From Paraspadella gotoi (Eukaryota; Animalia; Chaetognatha), in the NCBI GenBank assembly GCA_051294375.1, contig CM119269.1, forward strand, positions 8,057,225-8,121,224: a DNA stretch of 64,000 bases. Direction: 5' to 3'. Below are positions 42,992 through 57,586 of this stretch, piece after piece (within the stretch, counting starts at the first letter, position 1; the number at the start of each line of letters is the position of its first letter). The notes beneath the pieces are model-generated. The model saw only the letters and a list, made by a program, of their open reading frames with translations, made no database searches and was not told where the DNA came from. Made by a program: the position numbers and the translations under genes.

Positions 42992-43728
42992 CAGATTAAA
43001 TGTTTGCGACTTAGACACTCCGATAGGGGCCGCCTTCTCAACCGACATCGGGCAGCCGCGTGAAGGCCACCTCGAACGACCTTGCAACTTCTGTCGGGTA
43101 AGCATGGCCGACAACCTACAACCGATAACCGACAACCGACAAAATATCGTCGCCCGTCTTAAAGTAATTCTCGCGGCCGTGTTGCGCAACGCGACGGAGA
43201 AGCAAGAAAATGATAAGAAGAGCGAGATAGAGACAGAGTCACTGTTTCCTTAGAGACTGAGTCATCGCTAAGCGTCGAGAGCGGAGGGGGTCGAAGTTCG
43301 ATTTCCGAGCGAGGGGCCTAAAAAAAAGCGGGCAGAGCGAGATAGAGAGCGAGAGAGTGGTTAGGTCAGATTGAAGCTTAAAAGCAGTCAGAGCGAGATA
43401 GAGAGCGAGAGACAGTGAGTACCATGAATGGATAATTTTATCTCTGAATATAAGAATAGAATTAATGAAAAAAAAAAACATCAACAAAAATCAAATATCG
43501 GTCATCATTAAGTTAGACAATAGTTAATAAAAATTCAGGATAACTTTGTTATCGATTTAGTAATCTGCTTGGTCTTTTTCAAGTAAGAAATTCATAGATT
43601 TTTATAGAATGTAATTTGTTTTGTAAGACTTAACGCAAAGTTTAGCAAAACCTTACTGTGCCCTGATTCTCCTGTTTACTTCAGCGAACACGTCAGGGTT
43701 TGTATTTTTCGGGTCAGAGCAGCAAAGC

Positions 43729-43771
<43 letters not shown>

Positions 43772-44978
43772 CATCTCCTCTCTCTTCTCTAGACAAAATT
43801 TATCTCTGCTTCAGCTGCTCCGCTGCTCCTGCGGCGGCGCCGGCGCTCGGAATTCGGGTAAGTTAACGAATCCCGACTCGAGGTGAGTCGATGCGGAAAA
43901 CCGAATCTGACGGGAAATCCGTTGAGGAATAAAAACGTTTTGATTTATATCGCGGGAAGAAAGAGGGGAGGCGTCGCCTCGAGGGTGACGCCGTGACATT
44001 CGCGCCGAGAGACCGTCACCACTGTCTTCCCCCTTGCGTCAAAAAAAGAAGGGACGGGTCTTCTTATCTAATTATCTCGATTTTTTCGAGGGCAGGAAAT
44101 CAGAACTGTCTGTTGCTGCCGCTGGCCTCCGCTGCCCGGCCCCTCGCCGCCCGCCGACGCCGCCCGCCGCGCTACGCTGTCAACCGAATCTTCTGCTACC
44201 GCATCGTCGTCGTCTTCGTCGTCGTCTTCGTCGTCGTCTTCGTCGGTTGGTGGCATAATTTTTTTTTTCTTCAACTTCCTAAAGTCTGGATTTGTTTTCT
44301 TTTTTTTTTTTCTTCTTCGCGTTGGACCGACGGCTTGACGTCTCAAGGATTAAGGGGGAGTTTAGACTCTCGCGACGTCAACGGGATTAATATAAACTAC
44401 GGAAGTCTTAAGTCAAACAAAAGGCTAAAGGAAAAAAAAAAAAACTTAATCGAAATTGCGGAAGCGAAAATAAAAAAAAAAAAGAGAGAAAGAAAGATTT
44501 TGGTTTCATTTTGTTGCGAAGGAAAGAAGAAAAGATCAAGGCTTTCCCATTTTGCTATCTTCGTCTTCCGTCCATCTCAAGTTAAAACGCGTTCAATCAA
44601 ATTTCGGTCGAGTATCTTTAATTTTATTTTTTCGTCCCTTTTTTTTTTGTTGGGAAACCGGAAACCATCCTAAATGTGACCCCTGAATGTGATCCTAAAT
44701 GTGATTCATTTTGACGCCGATTCGAATCTTGGTCACGCTTGAAGCGGCTTATTTCTTGGGCTGACCCACAATCCTGACTCCTCAACCTCGATTATAGTTT
44801 GAAATCCATGAATTAATAAAATTATGGCACCTTATGGTGGACTAAAATCCACCAACCGTTCGTCAAGCGGCCATTGGTGCCGGAGGCAAGTCATTCGCTT
44901 AAATTGAACGGTTCTGTCACTAACGCATCATAATAATGACTGTCTCTTCAACCTCTGATTAATCGAGAAATATTTAAA

Positions 44979-45003
44979 NNNNNNNNNNNNNNNNNNNNNN
45001 NNN
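44979..45003. other. Assembly gap (others at 8039-8048, 42635-42644, 62652-62676)
   Basis: N runs; three of the four gaps are flanked by duplicated sequence. Confidence 0.99.
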
Positions 45004-45054
45004 TGATTGTATATTTATATTTCCAGATATGATTTGATTGATTGATTGATTGAT

Positions 45055-45136
<82 letters not shown>

Positions 45137-46149
45137 TTTTATTTATTATTTATTTATTATTCTATCTATCATATCTATCTATCTATCTATTCTATCTATC
45201 TATCTATCTATCTATCTTATCTATCATACTATCTATCTATCTATCTATCTATATATCTAGTATCTATCTATATCTTCTATCTATCTATCTTTTATCCATT
45301 AATTTTTTTCAAATTTTTTTCCCTGTCCTTTTCCTTTCCCTCTTCAGATTATTAAAAGAAAAGTTGGCAAGCGTCGGAAAGGTCAACCTTGCTGGAGGTC
45401 ACGCCGTGTCATAGACAGGGTCGTATCGTGACAAGAACGAGATCATTTTAAGGGTCATGACGTGTCATTTCAGGGGTCAGGACTCGAAATAAGAGGGATC
45501 GACGAATCAATTTATTTTGACCTCAGTTTCGAGCGAAATATTCGCGTTCGATCCCCTTCGACAGATATTTCATCTCAGGTACTGGATATATATTAAGTAA
45601 TTCTTTTTTATTTTTCATTTAAAACTATTTAATACAACACTATCCAATGATTTGATTGACCGTCAGGCCATTTCATTCCAAGGAAAACACATATGCGGTC
45701 TTGAGGAGGAAAAGTGGGAACCTGACACAAAAGTGTTTTTTTTTTCATTTTGACGTCGGCGATACTGCACGCCCGTACTAAATGGAAACTGTTAGAAATA
45801 CAACAACAACGACGACAAACACGGAAATCTATGAAACGTATAAAAGGTGCAACCCAAATTTTATGGCGGTTTTTTTTTGTTACTCATGAACTCATATCGA
45901 TGAGAATTAGCGACAATAACTACGGCGACCGAGAAGAAGGAAAAGGAGACGACGACAACTACGACGACGACGACGACGACGAATAATAAAAAGTAAGTTC
46001 AATCATGGACGGAACACGCGAACGATAAATCCAAAGTTTAAAAGAAACGAAGTAAAAAAATAAGAATGAAAAAAAATGTGTGTCTCTTTTGATTTTCCAG
46101 AGGATTTTTCTCCTTCTTCACGAAAGTCTTTATTTTCCGCAGTTACGAC

Positions 46150-46187
<38 letters not shown>

Positions 46188-46539
46188 AACAACAATAGTT
46201 TTAGAATAAACGTAAATGTCTCAATCGTTTATTTATCGTTTCGCTAAACGAAGGTTTTTCTTTATTATTAGGAATAAAAAAAAAAACACACAACGAAACG
46301 AAAAGGAATAATACACTAAAAAAAAAACCCAAAAAAAGACTGAAATTTAATTTAAACATATCAATGTTATAGCTGTTGTTTACATTACATTCGTTTACAT
46401 TTTTTTCAGCGACGATGGATCAACAAAGAGATATCTACATCGTAATCATCTTAATTATCCTCGTCTATGTCTTCATACTAATATTTATCCTCGTAGAAAT
46501 ACTAATAACAAGAAACAAATGGCTTTTCGTAATTAAGCG

Positions 46540-46572
<33 letters not shown>

Positions 46573-46684
46573 TCGTCGTCGTTCACGTCGTCTAAAATAT
46601 CCTTCCGAAAGCAATGAGAGGTCAAGTCATATATTAAAAAAGTTCATTGGTTTCGTCGTCGTCGTCCTCACCCTTCTACTTTAA

Positions 46685-48484
46685 ATGGCGCAGTCGGACA
46701 AACCCTGGGAGAAGGTGCTGGAGGCGCAGCGGCGCAACCGACGGAGGCGTCGAAGCTGCAGGCGACGCTGAAGCATCTCGATCGGGAGCTCGCCAAGTCT
46801 CTCTGGAGGTCTGAATAGAAAGATAGGTGAGCGGTTGGGGAGGTGAGAAGGGGTTGTTAAAAAGAAAAAAGAAAGAAGAGTAGGGAGAAAGGGAAAAATA
46901 TTATATTTCTTAAGGACATTTACATATTTACGTATTTTCGTAATTCGTTATGTATATTTTTTTAACCAAATATTTCGTAATATGTTTTTTAAATCATCTA
47001 AATTCTCTTTTTTCTTTTACTTTCCTGTAACAGTATGAGGTTTGGATGATAAATTGGTCAGTTTAATTTTAGTTTAAATAAACATTTTGTATTTATCTCA
47101 CTCATTTCCAGTTAATCATTGATTAATCATTATCAACCATTCGCCATACTACATCCACTTAATTATGAATTAATTTAATTTTTAACACGATCTCTCTGCC
47201 TATCCATTATCCAATCAGTCAAAACCGAAGATATTTTTTAAACATAAGGAATTAAGGAATTAAGGAATTCACACTCTCACATTAACAAAGGTTCACTAAT
47301 TTTTTTTTCAGAAATCGTAAAAGAAGAAATGACGGAGTAAGAGAGACGAGCGGTGAATCAAAAAAAGGAATTGAACCCGGAAAGTCTGATGCCGAAGTCA
47401 GTCAACTTACCTTATTTTACCTACTTTTTATAATTCTTTATATCTGTTTTAATATACGTAGCCTACACTGCTTAATTAAATCCACACTTTTGATTTAAAC
47501 TTTAACATTATTACTACGATATACTAAATTCTTGCTACGTATATCTTTTATTTGTCAATGAATAAACTTTCAAATAAATTCACAAAAGTTTCTTCACTCC
47601 ACCTTATTAACTTTCTCTTAGGTTTTACCACGCTATCCTTTCAGTTTCATTTCAACCTAAAATCTTCTTTTCGATCTACACCCTACTCTCAAACCCGCTC
47701 CCCCACTCCCACTCCATCGCTCCAGTGGCTCCACAAGCATCCTTACTTCACTTCGGGCCCGCTCCTCAACCAGAACTACCTCGTCCGCTGGAAGATCGTG
47801 GAGCGAGAGGAGCAGCGCCTCTTGGCGCTCGCCATGCGCATCCGGTCCGACAAGCGTCAGGTGCGCGCGCACGCCGCGAAGCGCGCCGAGCGCCCGCGCA
47901 GCGCCGAGACAGCCGTGGAGCGCGAACGGCGTATCGAGGCGCCCGCGAAGACAACAACGACGACGACGACGAGGCGAAGAAAGGGCGTGGCATCGGAAGA
48001 ACGCGAGGAGAAGAGGGAGATGGAGAGGAGAGGAGAGAGATTGAGAGGATTGAGGAAGAGGAAGAGGAGGAGGAGGAGGTGTTCCTCGATCTTCCAGTTT
48101 CGAGAGGAAAGGAGGTTTTGCGTCCGTTGAGCGCTCCGACGAGGAGAGCGAGAAAGGAGGACGCGATTCCGGAGGAGGTGGAGGAGGAAGAAAGGGAGGA
48201 AATGGAGGAAAATGGGGAAAAGGAGGGAGAGAGGAAGAAGGAGAGGAAGAAAAAGTGGGTGGAGGAGAAGAGGAAGGAGAGGGAGGAAAGGAGGAAAGAG
48301 GAGTGGGAGAGAAGACGGAGGAAAGGAAGATCAAGAGGAGGAAGAGAGTGGAGGAGAGGGAGGAAAGGAGGAAAGAGGGGAAGAAATTGATTTGGTTGAA
48401 GAAAAACAGAGAGATCAGGGAGAGGAAGAGAGGGAGGAAGAGTTGGAGAGGAATGAAGTGGAAAGAGGAGATATTGGAGATTAG
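46685..48484 (+). CDS. Copy 2 of the coiled-coil/Glu-rich gene (with indels)
   Basis: Near-identical to 40216-42020 inside the tandem duplicate. Confidence 0.5.
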
Positions 48485-48488
48485 AGAA

Positions 48489-48550
<62 letters not shown>

Positions 48551-49215
48551 TTTCAATTTCTTAGTACTGATTATTAACTATCCCCCTTTCAATGATCCTA
48601 ATTACTCAAAAGTCGCTTAAAACTAAATCGTTGTTCCTATGTTCTACGACTATATCTCCCTTGCGCCCGATCGCCATCTGGCGAAGAAAAATACGATGCC
48701 CTATTGTTTCTCATCTGTATTCTGTATTAATCAGAAGGCATGGCTCTTTATTTTTGTTCAGATTACATTTTAAACTATCTTTCGATTATGTAATGTACAT
48801 ATGAACGCTCTGTTGCATTCTGTTGTTTATTATCGCTTCAAAGAGAATAAAAAAACCGAAACCGGATTGCTATACATTTTGAAATCTGATATTTTAATTG
48901 TAACGTGAGGAGAGCTTTCTTTTACGGTAGAGATCTTTTATTATACAAAAAATGAATGATTAATAAATAAATAGACAAACAAAAGAATGAATTAATAAAA
49001 ACCCCGCGCCCCCCGATAGGGAAACTCTTCTCGAATTGGTCATCGCTGCTAATTCGTTCCACTCCTCCGACTGACCCAGGATCAGATTTAAGATCAGATT
49101 TGGGATCAGATTTGGGGTCAAAATCGGGTGGGAAAATCCGAGGCTCCGCGCCTCCGAATTGGACACAAGGGCGGATATAAAACGATCACTCTCTTTCACT
49201 CTCTCTCACTCTCTC

Positions 49216-49312
<97 letters not shown>

Positions 49313-49996
49313 CAGATTAAATGTTTGCGACTTAGACACTCCGATAGGGCCGCCTTCTCAACCGACATCGGGCAGCCGCGTGAAGGCCACCTCGAACGAC
49401 CTTGCAACTTCTGTCGGGTAAGCATGGCGCGACAACTACAACCGAACACGACAACCGACAAAATATCGGCGCCCGTCTTAAAGTAATTCTCGCGGCCGTG
49501 TTGCGCAACGCGACGAGAAGCAAAAAAAATGATAAGAAGAGCGAGGTAGAGACAGAGTCACTGTTTCCTTAGAGACTGAGTCATCGCTAAGCGTCGAGAC
49601 GGGAGGGTCGAAGTTCGATTTCCGAGCGAGGGGCCTTAAAAAAAGCGCGGCAGAGCGCAGAGCGAGATAGAGAGCGCAGAGACAGTGAGTACCATGAATG
49701 GATAATTTTATCTTGAATATAAGAATAGAATTAATGAAAAAAAAAACATAACAAAAATCAAATATCGGTCATCATTAAGTTAGACAATAGTTAATAAAAA
49801 TTCAGGATAACTTTGTTATCGATTTAGTAATCTGCTTGGTCTTTTTCAAGTAGAAAAATTCATTGATTTTTATAGAATGTAATTTGTTTTGTAAGACTTA
49901 ACGCAAAGTTTAGCAAAACCTTACTGTGCCCTGATTCTCCTGTTTACTTCAGCGAACACGTCAGGGTTTGTATTTTTCGGGTCAGAGCAGCAAAGC

Positions 49997-50097
<101 letters not shown>

Positions 50098-51990
50098 AGA
50101 CAAAATTTATCTTCTGCTTCAGCTGCTCCGCTGCTCCTGCGGCGGCGCCGGCGCTCGGAATTCGGGTAAGTTAACGAATCCCGACTCGAGGTGAGTCGAT
50201 GCGGAAAACCGAATCTGACGGGAAATCCGTTGAGGAATAAAAACGTTTTGATTTATATCGCGGGAAGAAAGAGGGGAGGCGTCGCCTCGAGGGTGACGCC
50301 GTGACATTCGCGCCGAGAGACCGTCACCACTGTCTTCCCCCTTGCGTCAAAAAAAAGAAGGACGGGTCTTCTTATCTAATTATCTCGATTTTTTCGAGGG
50401 CAGGAAATCACGAACTGTCTGTTGCTGCCGCTGGCCTCCGCTGCCCGGCCCCTCGCCGCCCGCCGACGCCGCCCGCCGCGCTACGCTGTCAACCGAATCT
50501 TCTGCTACCGCATCGTCGTCGTCTTCGTCGTCGTCTTCGTCGTCGTCTTCGTCGGTTGGTGGCATAATTTTTTTTTTCTTCAACTTCCTAAAGTCTGGAT
50601 TTGTTTTTCTTTTTTTTTTTCTTCTTCGCGTTGGACCGACGGCTTGACGTCTCAAGGATTAAGGGGGAGTTTAGACTCTCGCGACGTCAACGGGATTAAT
50701 ATAAACTACGGAAGTCTTAAGTCAAACAAAAGGCTAAAGGAAAAAAAAAAACTGAATCGAAATTGCGGAAGCGAAAATAAAAAAAAAAAAGAGAGAAAGA
50801 AAGATTTTGGTTTCATTTTGTTGCGAAGGAAAGAAGAAAAGATCAAGGCTTCCATTTTGCTATCTTCGTCTTCGTCATCTCAAGTTAAAACCGGTTCAAT
50901 CAAATTTCGGTCGAGTATCTTTAATTCTTTTTTTTCGTCCCTTTTTTTGTTGGGAAACCGGAAACCATCCTAATGTGACCCCTGAATGTGATCCTAAATG
51001 TGATTCATTTTGACGCCGATTCGAATCTTGGTCACGCTTGAAGCGGCTTATTTCTTGGGCTGACCCACAATCCTGACTCCTCAACCTCGATTAGTAGTTG
51101 AAATCCATGAATTAATAAAATTATGGCACCTTATGGTGGACTAAAATCCACCAACCGTTCGTCAGCGGCCATTGGTGCCGGAGGCAAGTCATTCGCTTAA
51201 ATTGAACGTTCTGTCACTAACGCATCATAATAATGACTGTCTTCTTCAACCTCTGATTAATCGAGAAATATTTAAATATCAAATCGGTCAAATTAAAAAT
51301 TCGAATAATTTCATTTATGCAAAACAAACCTATTAAAACTCAAAATCAAAATCTCATCGCAAATTAATAAAAAAAGACACTAAATTTTTTTCTAATCTCT
51401 CTAGATCCTGGAATCACATCCTCCGCTTGAACGATCTTTAAATTCCAAACTTCGCCTTTTTCAGTTTATGATTCATGACTTTACTTTTTTTTTTAAATCA
51501 AAGGATGATTAAACTCACATTTTTTCTCACTTTCACCTTTAATCTTTGAAAGTCACTGTTTGACGATGGAATTTTTCAGGTGCTAAAAGACTTTTTTTTA
51601 GCTCCTTGAACCTTGAAAATAAAGAAACTTTGTTCGGCTGATCGTGCTTACTAAAAATATATTTGACAAAATTTAAATTTAACATTAGCTTCACTTCTTT
51701 TTGTAACTTTTTCTTCTACTTTTTTAAAAATTCCAACCGAGAAAGTTTAAAAGTTATTCTCTACAATGTAACTAACCATATCTGTATCACATCGGTCAAT
51801 TTTAAGCATTAACGGTATGAGTTCGAGAGTATCGTCCTTCCTAAACAGTATCATCTGGCCTTTAATCGAACCCTTTATTTGCATTGGATTCGCTTCTCAA
51901 AAGTCAAAATCTTTGTAGAGAATTTTCCGGCTTAATTCTCTATTCTTTGTCGTCCCAATCTTCTTTGCATCCTTCCTTCCTTTCTTTTTT

Positions 51991-52090
<100 letters not shown>

Positions 52091-52827
52091 TTATTTCATT
52101 CTTTCAATTTTTTTTTATTGTTTCTGGCTCTTTTTTCATAAGACTTACACCCAATACTCATTCTACATTTGTTATTCTTTAAATAGCCGCGAGCACTCGC
52201 GAAGGGACTGTAGTAGAAAATCTTTTCGGTCGATCGGTCGGTCTTATTTTTTATCTGTTGGTTACATTTAAGATGCGCATAACTATGTTAAACAGAATAA
52301 TTTCAGATGATACTAGGGAGGTTGGTACTATATGTGCATATGTTTCATACTAGTCACGTTATTACGGTAATATACATGCACTTTTATTCAAATTCAGTAC
52401 AAATAACATTAATTTAGCGCCGCACCTTGGAATTTTTGTTCTTTGTTATTCTTATATTAAATTATTCACTTAAATTTAATTTATTTTTCATCACCTATTT
52501 TTTTTCTATGTATTATTTTAGCGTCCCTCAAATCTCATTTACCATTACTTCTTTTTTTCCTTAATCACTACTCATTCTCCTTTATCATAACTCCTTTCAA
52601 TTCTTTTATCACTACTTATTCTCATTTATCATCACTCCTTTTTTCTCTTCACTGCTTCTCTCCCCCCTCCACCCAACGTCCTTCTACTCTCGCTTACTTT
52701 TTACTTTTAAATTGTGGCAACGAATCTTTTAGGCTTCTGAGTTTTGGGCCAAATTTGGGTGTCACGTCCGATTCGCGCCAGAGCGAATTTCGATTTGCGA
52801 GACAGAATAAACAGAAATCAGAAACAT

Positions 52828-52867
<40 letters not shown>

Positions 52868-52958
52868 AAATGTGCGATGGAATAAATCTCTTTGCTTGCA
52901 GAGCCTAACACAAATTCACGCTTTCTTGCTCTTGCAATCGCTCTCTCTCTCTTCTCTT

Positions 52959-52991
<33 letters not shown>

Positions 52992-53181
52992 CCCAATATC
53001 TGTTTCTGACTTTCATTTCTAAATCTTTTGTATCAAGACCTAATACATTCTTTCTTCTTTTTATTTCTTTAATTTCTTTTCAGTTATTTTAGTTTCTTAT
53101 TCGGTAATCATCATTATTTTTTTTTATCTCCTTCCATTTTTTCCTAAACTCGCTCTCTCCTTCTCTCTCTCTCTCTCTCCT

Positions 53182-53237
<56 letters not shown>

Positions 53238-55971
53238 ATGTTTCTGATTTCTGTTTATTCTGTCTCGCAAATCGAAATTCGCTTCTGGCGCGAATCGGAC
53301 GTGGACACCCAAATTTGGCCCAAAACTCAGAAGCCTAAAAGATTCGTTGCCACAATTTAAAAGTAAAAAGTAAGCGAGAGTAGAAGGACGTTGGTGGAGG
53401 GGGGAGAGAAGCAGTGAAGAGAAAAAAAGGAGTGATGATAAATGAGAATAAGAGTGATAAAAGAATTGAAAGGAGTTATGATAAAGGAGAATGAGTAGTG
53501 ATTAAGGAAAAAAAAAGTAATGGTAAATTGAGATTTGAGGGCGCTAAAATAAATACATAGAAAAAAAATAGGTGATGAAAAAATAAATTAAATTTAAGTT
53601 AATAAATTTAATATAAGAATAACAAAGAACAAAAATTCCAAGGGTGGCGCTAAATTAATGTTATTTGTACTGAATTTGAATAAAAGTGCATGTTATATTA
53701 ACGTAATAACGTGACTAGTATGAAACATATGCACATATAGTACCAACCTCCCTAGTATCATCTGAAATTATTCTGTTTAACATAGTTATGCGCATCTTAA
53801 ATGTAACCAACAGATAAAAAATAAGACCGACCGACCGACCGAAAGATTTTCTACTACAGTCCTTCGCGAGTGCTCGCGGCTATTAAAGAATAACAAATGT
53901 AGAATGAGTATTGGGTGTAAGTCTTATGAAAAAGAGCCAGAAAACATAAAAAAAAAAATTGAAAAGAATGAAAGAAAAGAAAGAAAGAAAAGAAAAGAAA
54001 GAAAGAAGAAAGAAAGAAAGAAAGAAGAAAGAAAGAAAGAGAAGAAAGAAAGAAAGAAAGAAAGAAAAGAAAGAAGAAAAAAGAAAGGAAGGAAGGATGC
54101 AAAGAAGATTGGGACGACAAAGAATAGAGAATTAAGCCGGGAAAATTCTCTACAAGATTTTGACTTTGAGAAGCGAATCCAATGCAAATAAAGGGTTCGA
54201 TTAAAGGCCAGATGATACTGTTTAGGAAGGACGATACTCTCGAACTCATACCGTTAATGCTTAAAATTGACCGATGTGATACAGATATGGTTAGTAACAT
54301 TGTAGAGAAATACTTTAAACTTTCTACGGTTGGAATTTTTAAAAAAAGTAGAAGATAAAGTTACAAAAAGAAGTGAAGCTAATGTTAAATTTAAATTTTG
54401 TCAAATATATTTTTAGTAAGCACGATCAGCCGAACAAAGTTTCTTTATTTTCAAGTTCAAGGAGCTAAAAAAAAGTCTTTAGCACCTGAAAAATTCCATC
54501 GTCAAACAGTGACTTTCAAAGATTAAAGGTGAAAGTGAGAAAAAATGTGAGTTTAATCATCCTTTGATTTAAAAAAAAAAGTAAAGTCATGAATCATAAA
54601 CTGAAAAAGGCGAATTTGGAATTTAAAGATCGTTCAAGCGGAGGATGTGATTCCAGGATCTAGAGAGATTAGAAAAAAATTTTAGTGTCTTTTTTTATTA
54701 ATTTGCGATGAGATTTTGATTTTGATTTAATAGTTTGTTTTGCATAAATGAAATTATTCGAATTTTTAATTTGACCGATTTGATATTTAAATATTCTCGA
54801 TTAATCAGAGGTTGAAGAGACAGTCATTATTATGATGGTTAGTGACAGAACCGTTCAATTTAAGCGAATGACTTGCCTCCGGCACCAATGGCCGCTGACG
54901 AACGGTTGGTGGATTTTAGTCCACCATAAGGTGCCATAATTTTATTAATTCATGGATTTCAAACTACTAATCGAGGTTGAGGAGTCAGGATTGTGGGTCA
55001 GCCCAAGAAATAAGCCGCTTCAAGCGTGACCAAGATTCGAATCGGCGTCAAAATGAATCACATTTAGGATCACATTCAGGGGTCACATTTAGGATGGTTT
55101 CCGGTTTCCCAACAAAAAAAAAAAAGGACGAAAAAAGAATTAAAGATACTCGACCGAAATTTTGATTGAACCGGTTTTTAACTTGAGATGACGAAGACGA
55201 AGATAGCCAAAATGGAAGCCTTGAATCTTTTCTTCTTTCCTTCGCAACAAAATGAAACCAAAATCTTTCTTTCTCTCTTTTTTTTTTTTATTTTCGCTTC
55301 CGCAATTTCGATTCAGTTTTTTTTTTTCCTTTAGCCTTTTGTTTGACTTAAGACTTCCGTAGTTTATATAATCCCGTTGACGTCGCGAGAGTTCTAAACT
55401 CCCCCTTAATCCTTGAGACGTCAAGCCGTCGGTTCCAACGCGAAGAAGAAAAAAAAAAAAGAAAAAAATCCAGACTTAGGAAGTTGAGAAAAAAAAAATT
55501 TATGCCACCAACCGACGAAGACGACGACGAAAGACGACACGAAGACGACGACGATGCGGTAGCAGAAGATTCGGTTGACAGCGTAGCGCGGCGGCGGCGT
55601 CGGCGGGCGGCGAGGGGCCGGGCAGCGGAGGCCAGCGGCAGCAACAGACAGTTCTGATTTCCTTGCCCTCGAAAAAATCGAGATAATTAGATAAGAAGAC
55701 CCGCTCCTTCTTTTTTTTTGACGCAAGGGGGAAGACAGTGGTGACGGTCTCTCGGCGCGAATGTCACGGCGTCACCCTCGAGGCGACGCCTCCCCTCTTT
55801 CTTCCCCGCGATATAAATCAAAACGTTTTTTATTCCTCAACGGATTTCCCGTCAGATTCGGTTTTCCGCATCGACTACCTCGAGTCGGGATTCGTTAACT
55901 TACCCGAATTCCGAGCGCCGGCGCCGCCGCAGGAGCAGCGGAGCAGCTGAAGCAGAAGATAAATTTTGTTC

Positions 55972-56068
<97 letters not shown>

Positions 56069-56814
56069 TGCTTTGCTGCTCTGACCCGAAAAATACAAAC
56101 CCTGAGTGTCGCTGAAGTAAACAGGAGAATCAGGGCACAGTAAGGTTTTGCTAAACTTTGCGTTAAGTCTTACAAAACAAATTACATTCTATAAAAATCT
56201 ATGAATTTCTTACTAAAAAAGACCAAGCAGATTACTAAATCGATAACAAAGTTATCCTGAATTTTATATTAACTATTGTCTAACTTAATGATGACCGATA
56301 TTTGATTTTTGTTGATGTTTTTTTTTTCATTAATCTATTCTTATATTCAAGATAAAATTATCCATTCATGGTACTCACTGTCTCTCGCTCTCTATCTCCG
56401 CTCTGACTGCTTTTAGCTTCAATCTGCCTCACTCTCTCGCCTCTATCTGTCTGCCCGCTTTTTTTAGGCCCCCGCTCGGAATCGAACTCGACCCCTCCCT
56501 CTCGACGCTTAGCGATGACTCAGTCTCTAAGAAACAGTGACTCTGTCTCTATCCTCGCTCTTCTTATCATTTTTTGCTTCTCGTCGCGTTGCGCAACACG
56601 GCCGCGAGAATTACTTTAAGACGGGCGACGATATTTTGTCGGTTGTCGGTTTATCGTTGTAGTTGTCGGCCATGCTACCCGACAGAAGTTGCAAGGTCCG
56701 TTCGAGGTGGCCTTCACGCGGCTGCCCGATGTCGGTTGAGAAGGCGCCCCTATCGGAGTGTCTAAGTCGCAAACATTTAATCTGATTCTAAGCAGAGAGG
56801 AGGGAGAGAGAGAG

Positions 56815-56852
<38 letters not shown>

Positions 56853-57527
56853 AGAGAGAGAGAGTGAGAGAGAGTGAAAGAGAGTGATCGTTTTATATCC
56901 GCCCTTGTGTCCAATTCGGAAGACGCGGAGCCTCGGATTTTCCCACCCGATTTTGACCCAAATCTGATCCCAAATCTGATCTTAAAATCTGATCCTGGGT
57001 CAGTCGAGGAGTGGAACGAATTTTGCAGCGATGACCAATTCGAGAAGAGTTTCCCTATCCGGGGGCGCGGGGTTTTTATTAATTCATTATTTTGTTTGTC
57101 TATTTATTATTAAATTCATTAATTTTTGTATAATAAAAGATCTTTACCGTAAAAGAAAGCTCTCCTCACGTTTACAATTAAATATCCGATTTCAAAATGT
57201 ATAGCAATCCGGTTTCGGTTTTTTTATTCTCTTTTGAAGCGATAATAAACAACAGAATGCAACAGAGCGTTCATATGTACATTCATAATCGAAAGATAGT
57301 TTAAAATGTCATCTGAACAAAAATAAAGAGCCATGCCTTCTGATTAATACAGAATACAGATGAGAAACAATAGGGCATCGTATTTTTCTTCGCCAGATTG
57401 GCGATCGGGCGCAAGGGAGATATAGTCGTAGAACATAGGAACAACGATTTAGTTTTAAGCGACTTTTGAGTAATTTGGATCATTGAAAAGGGGATAGTTA
57501 ATAATCAGTACTAAGAAATTGGAAGTG

Positions 57528-57583
<56 letters not shown>

Positions 57584-57586
<3 letters not shown>

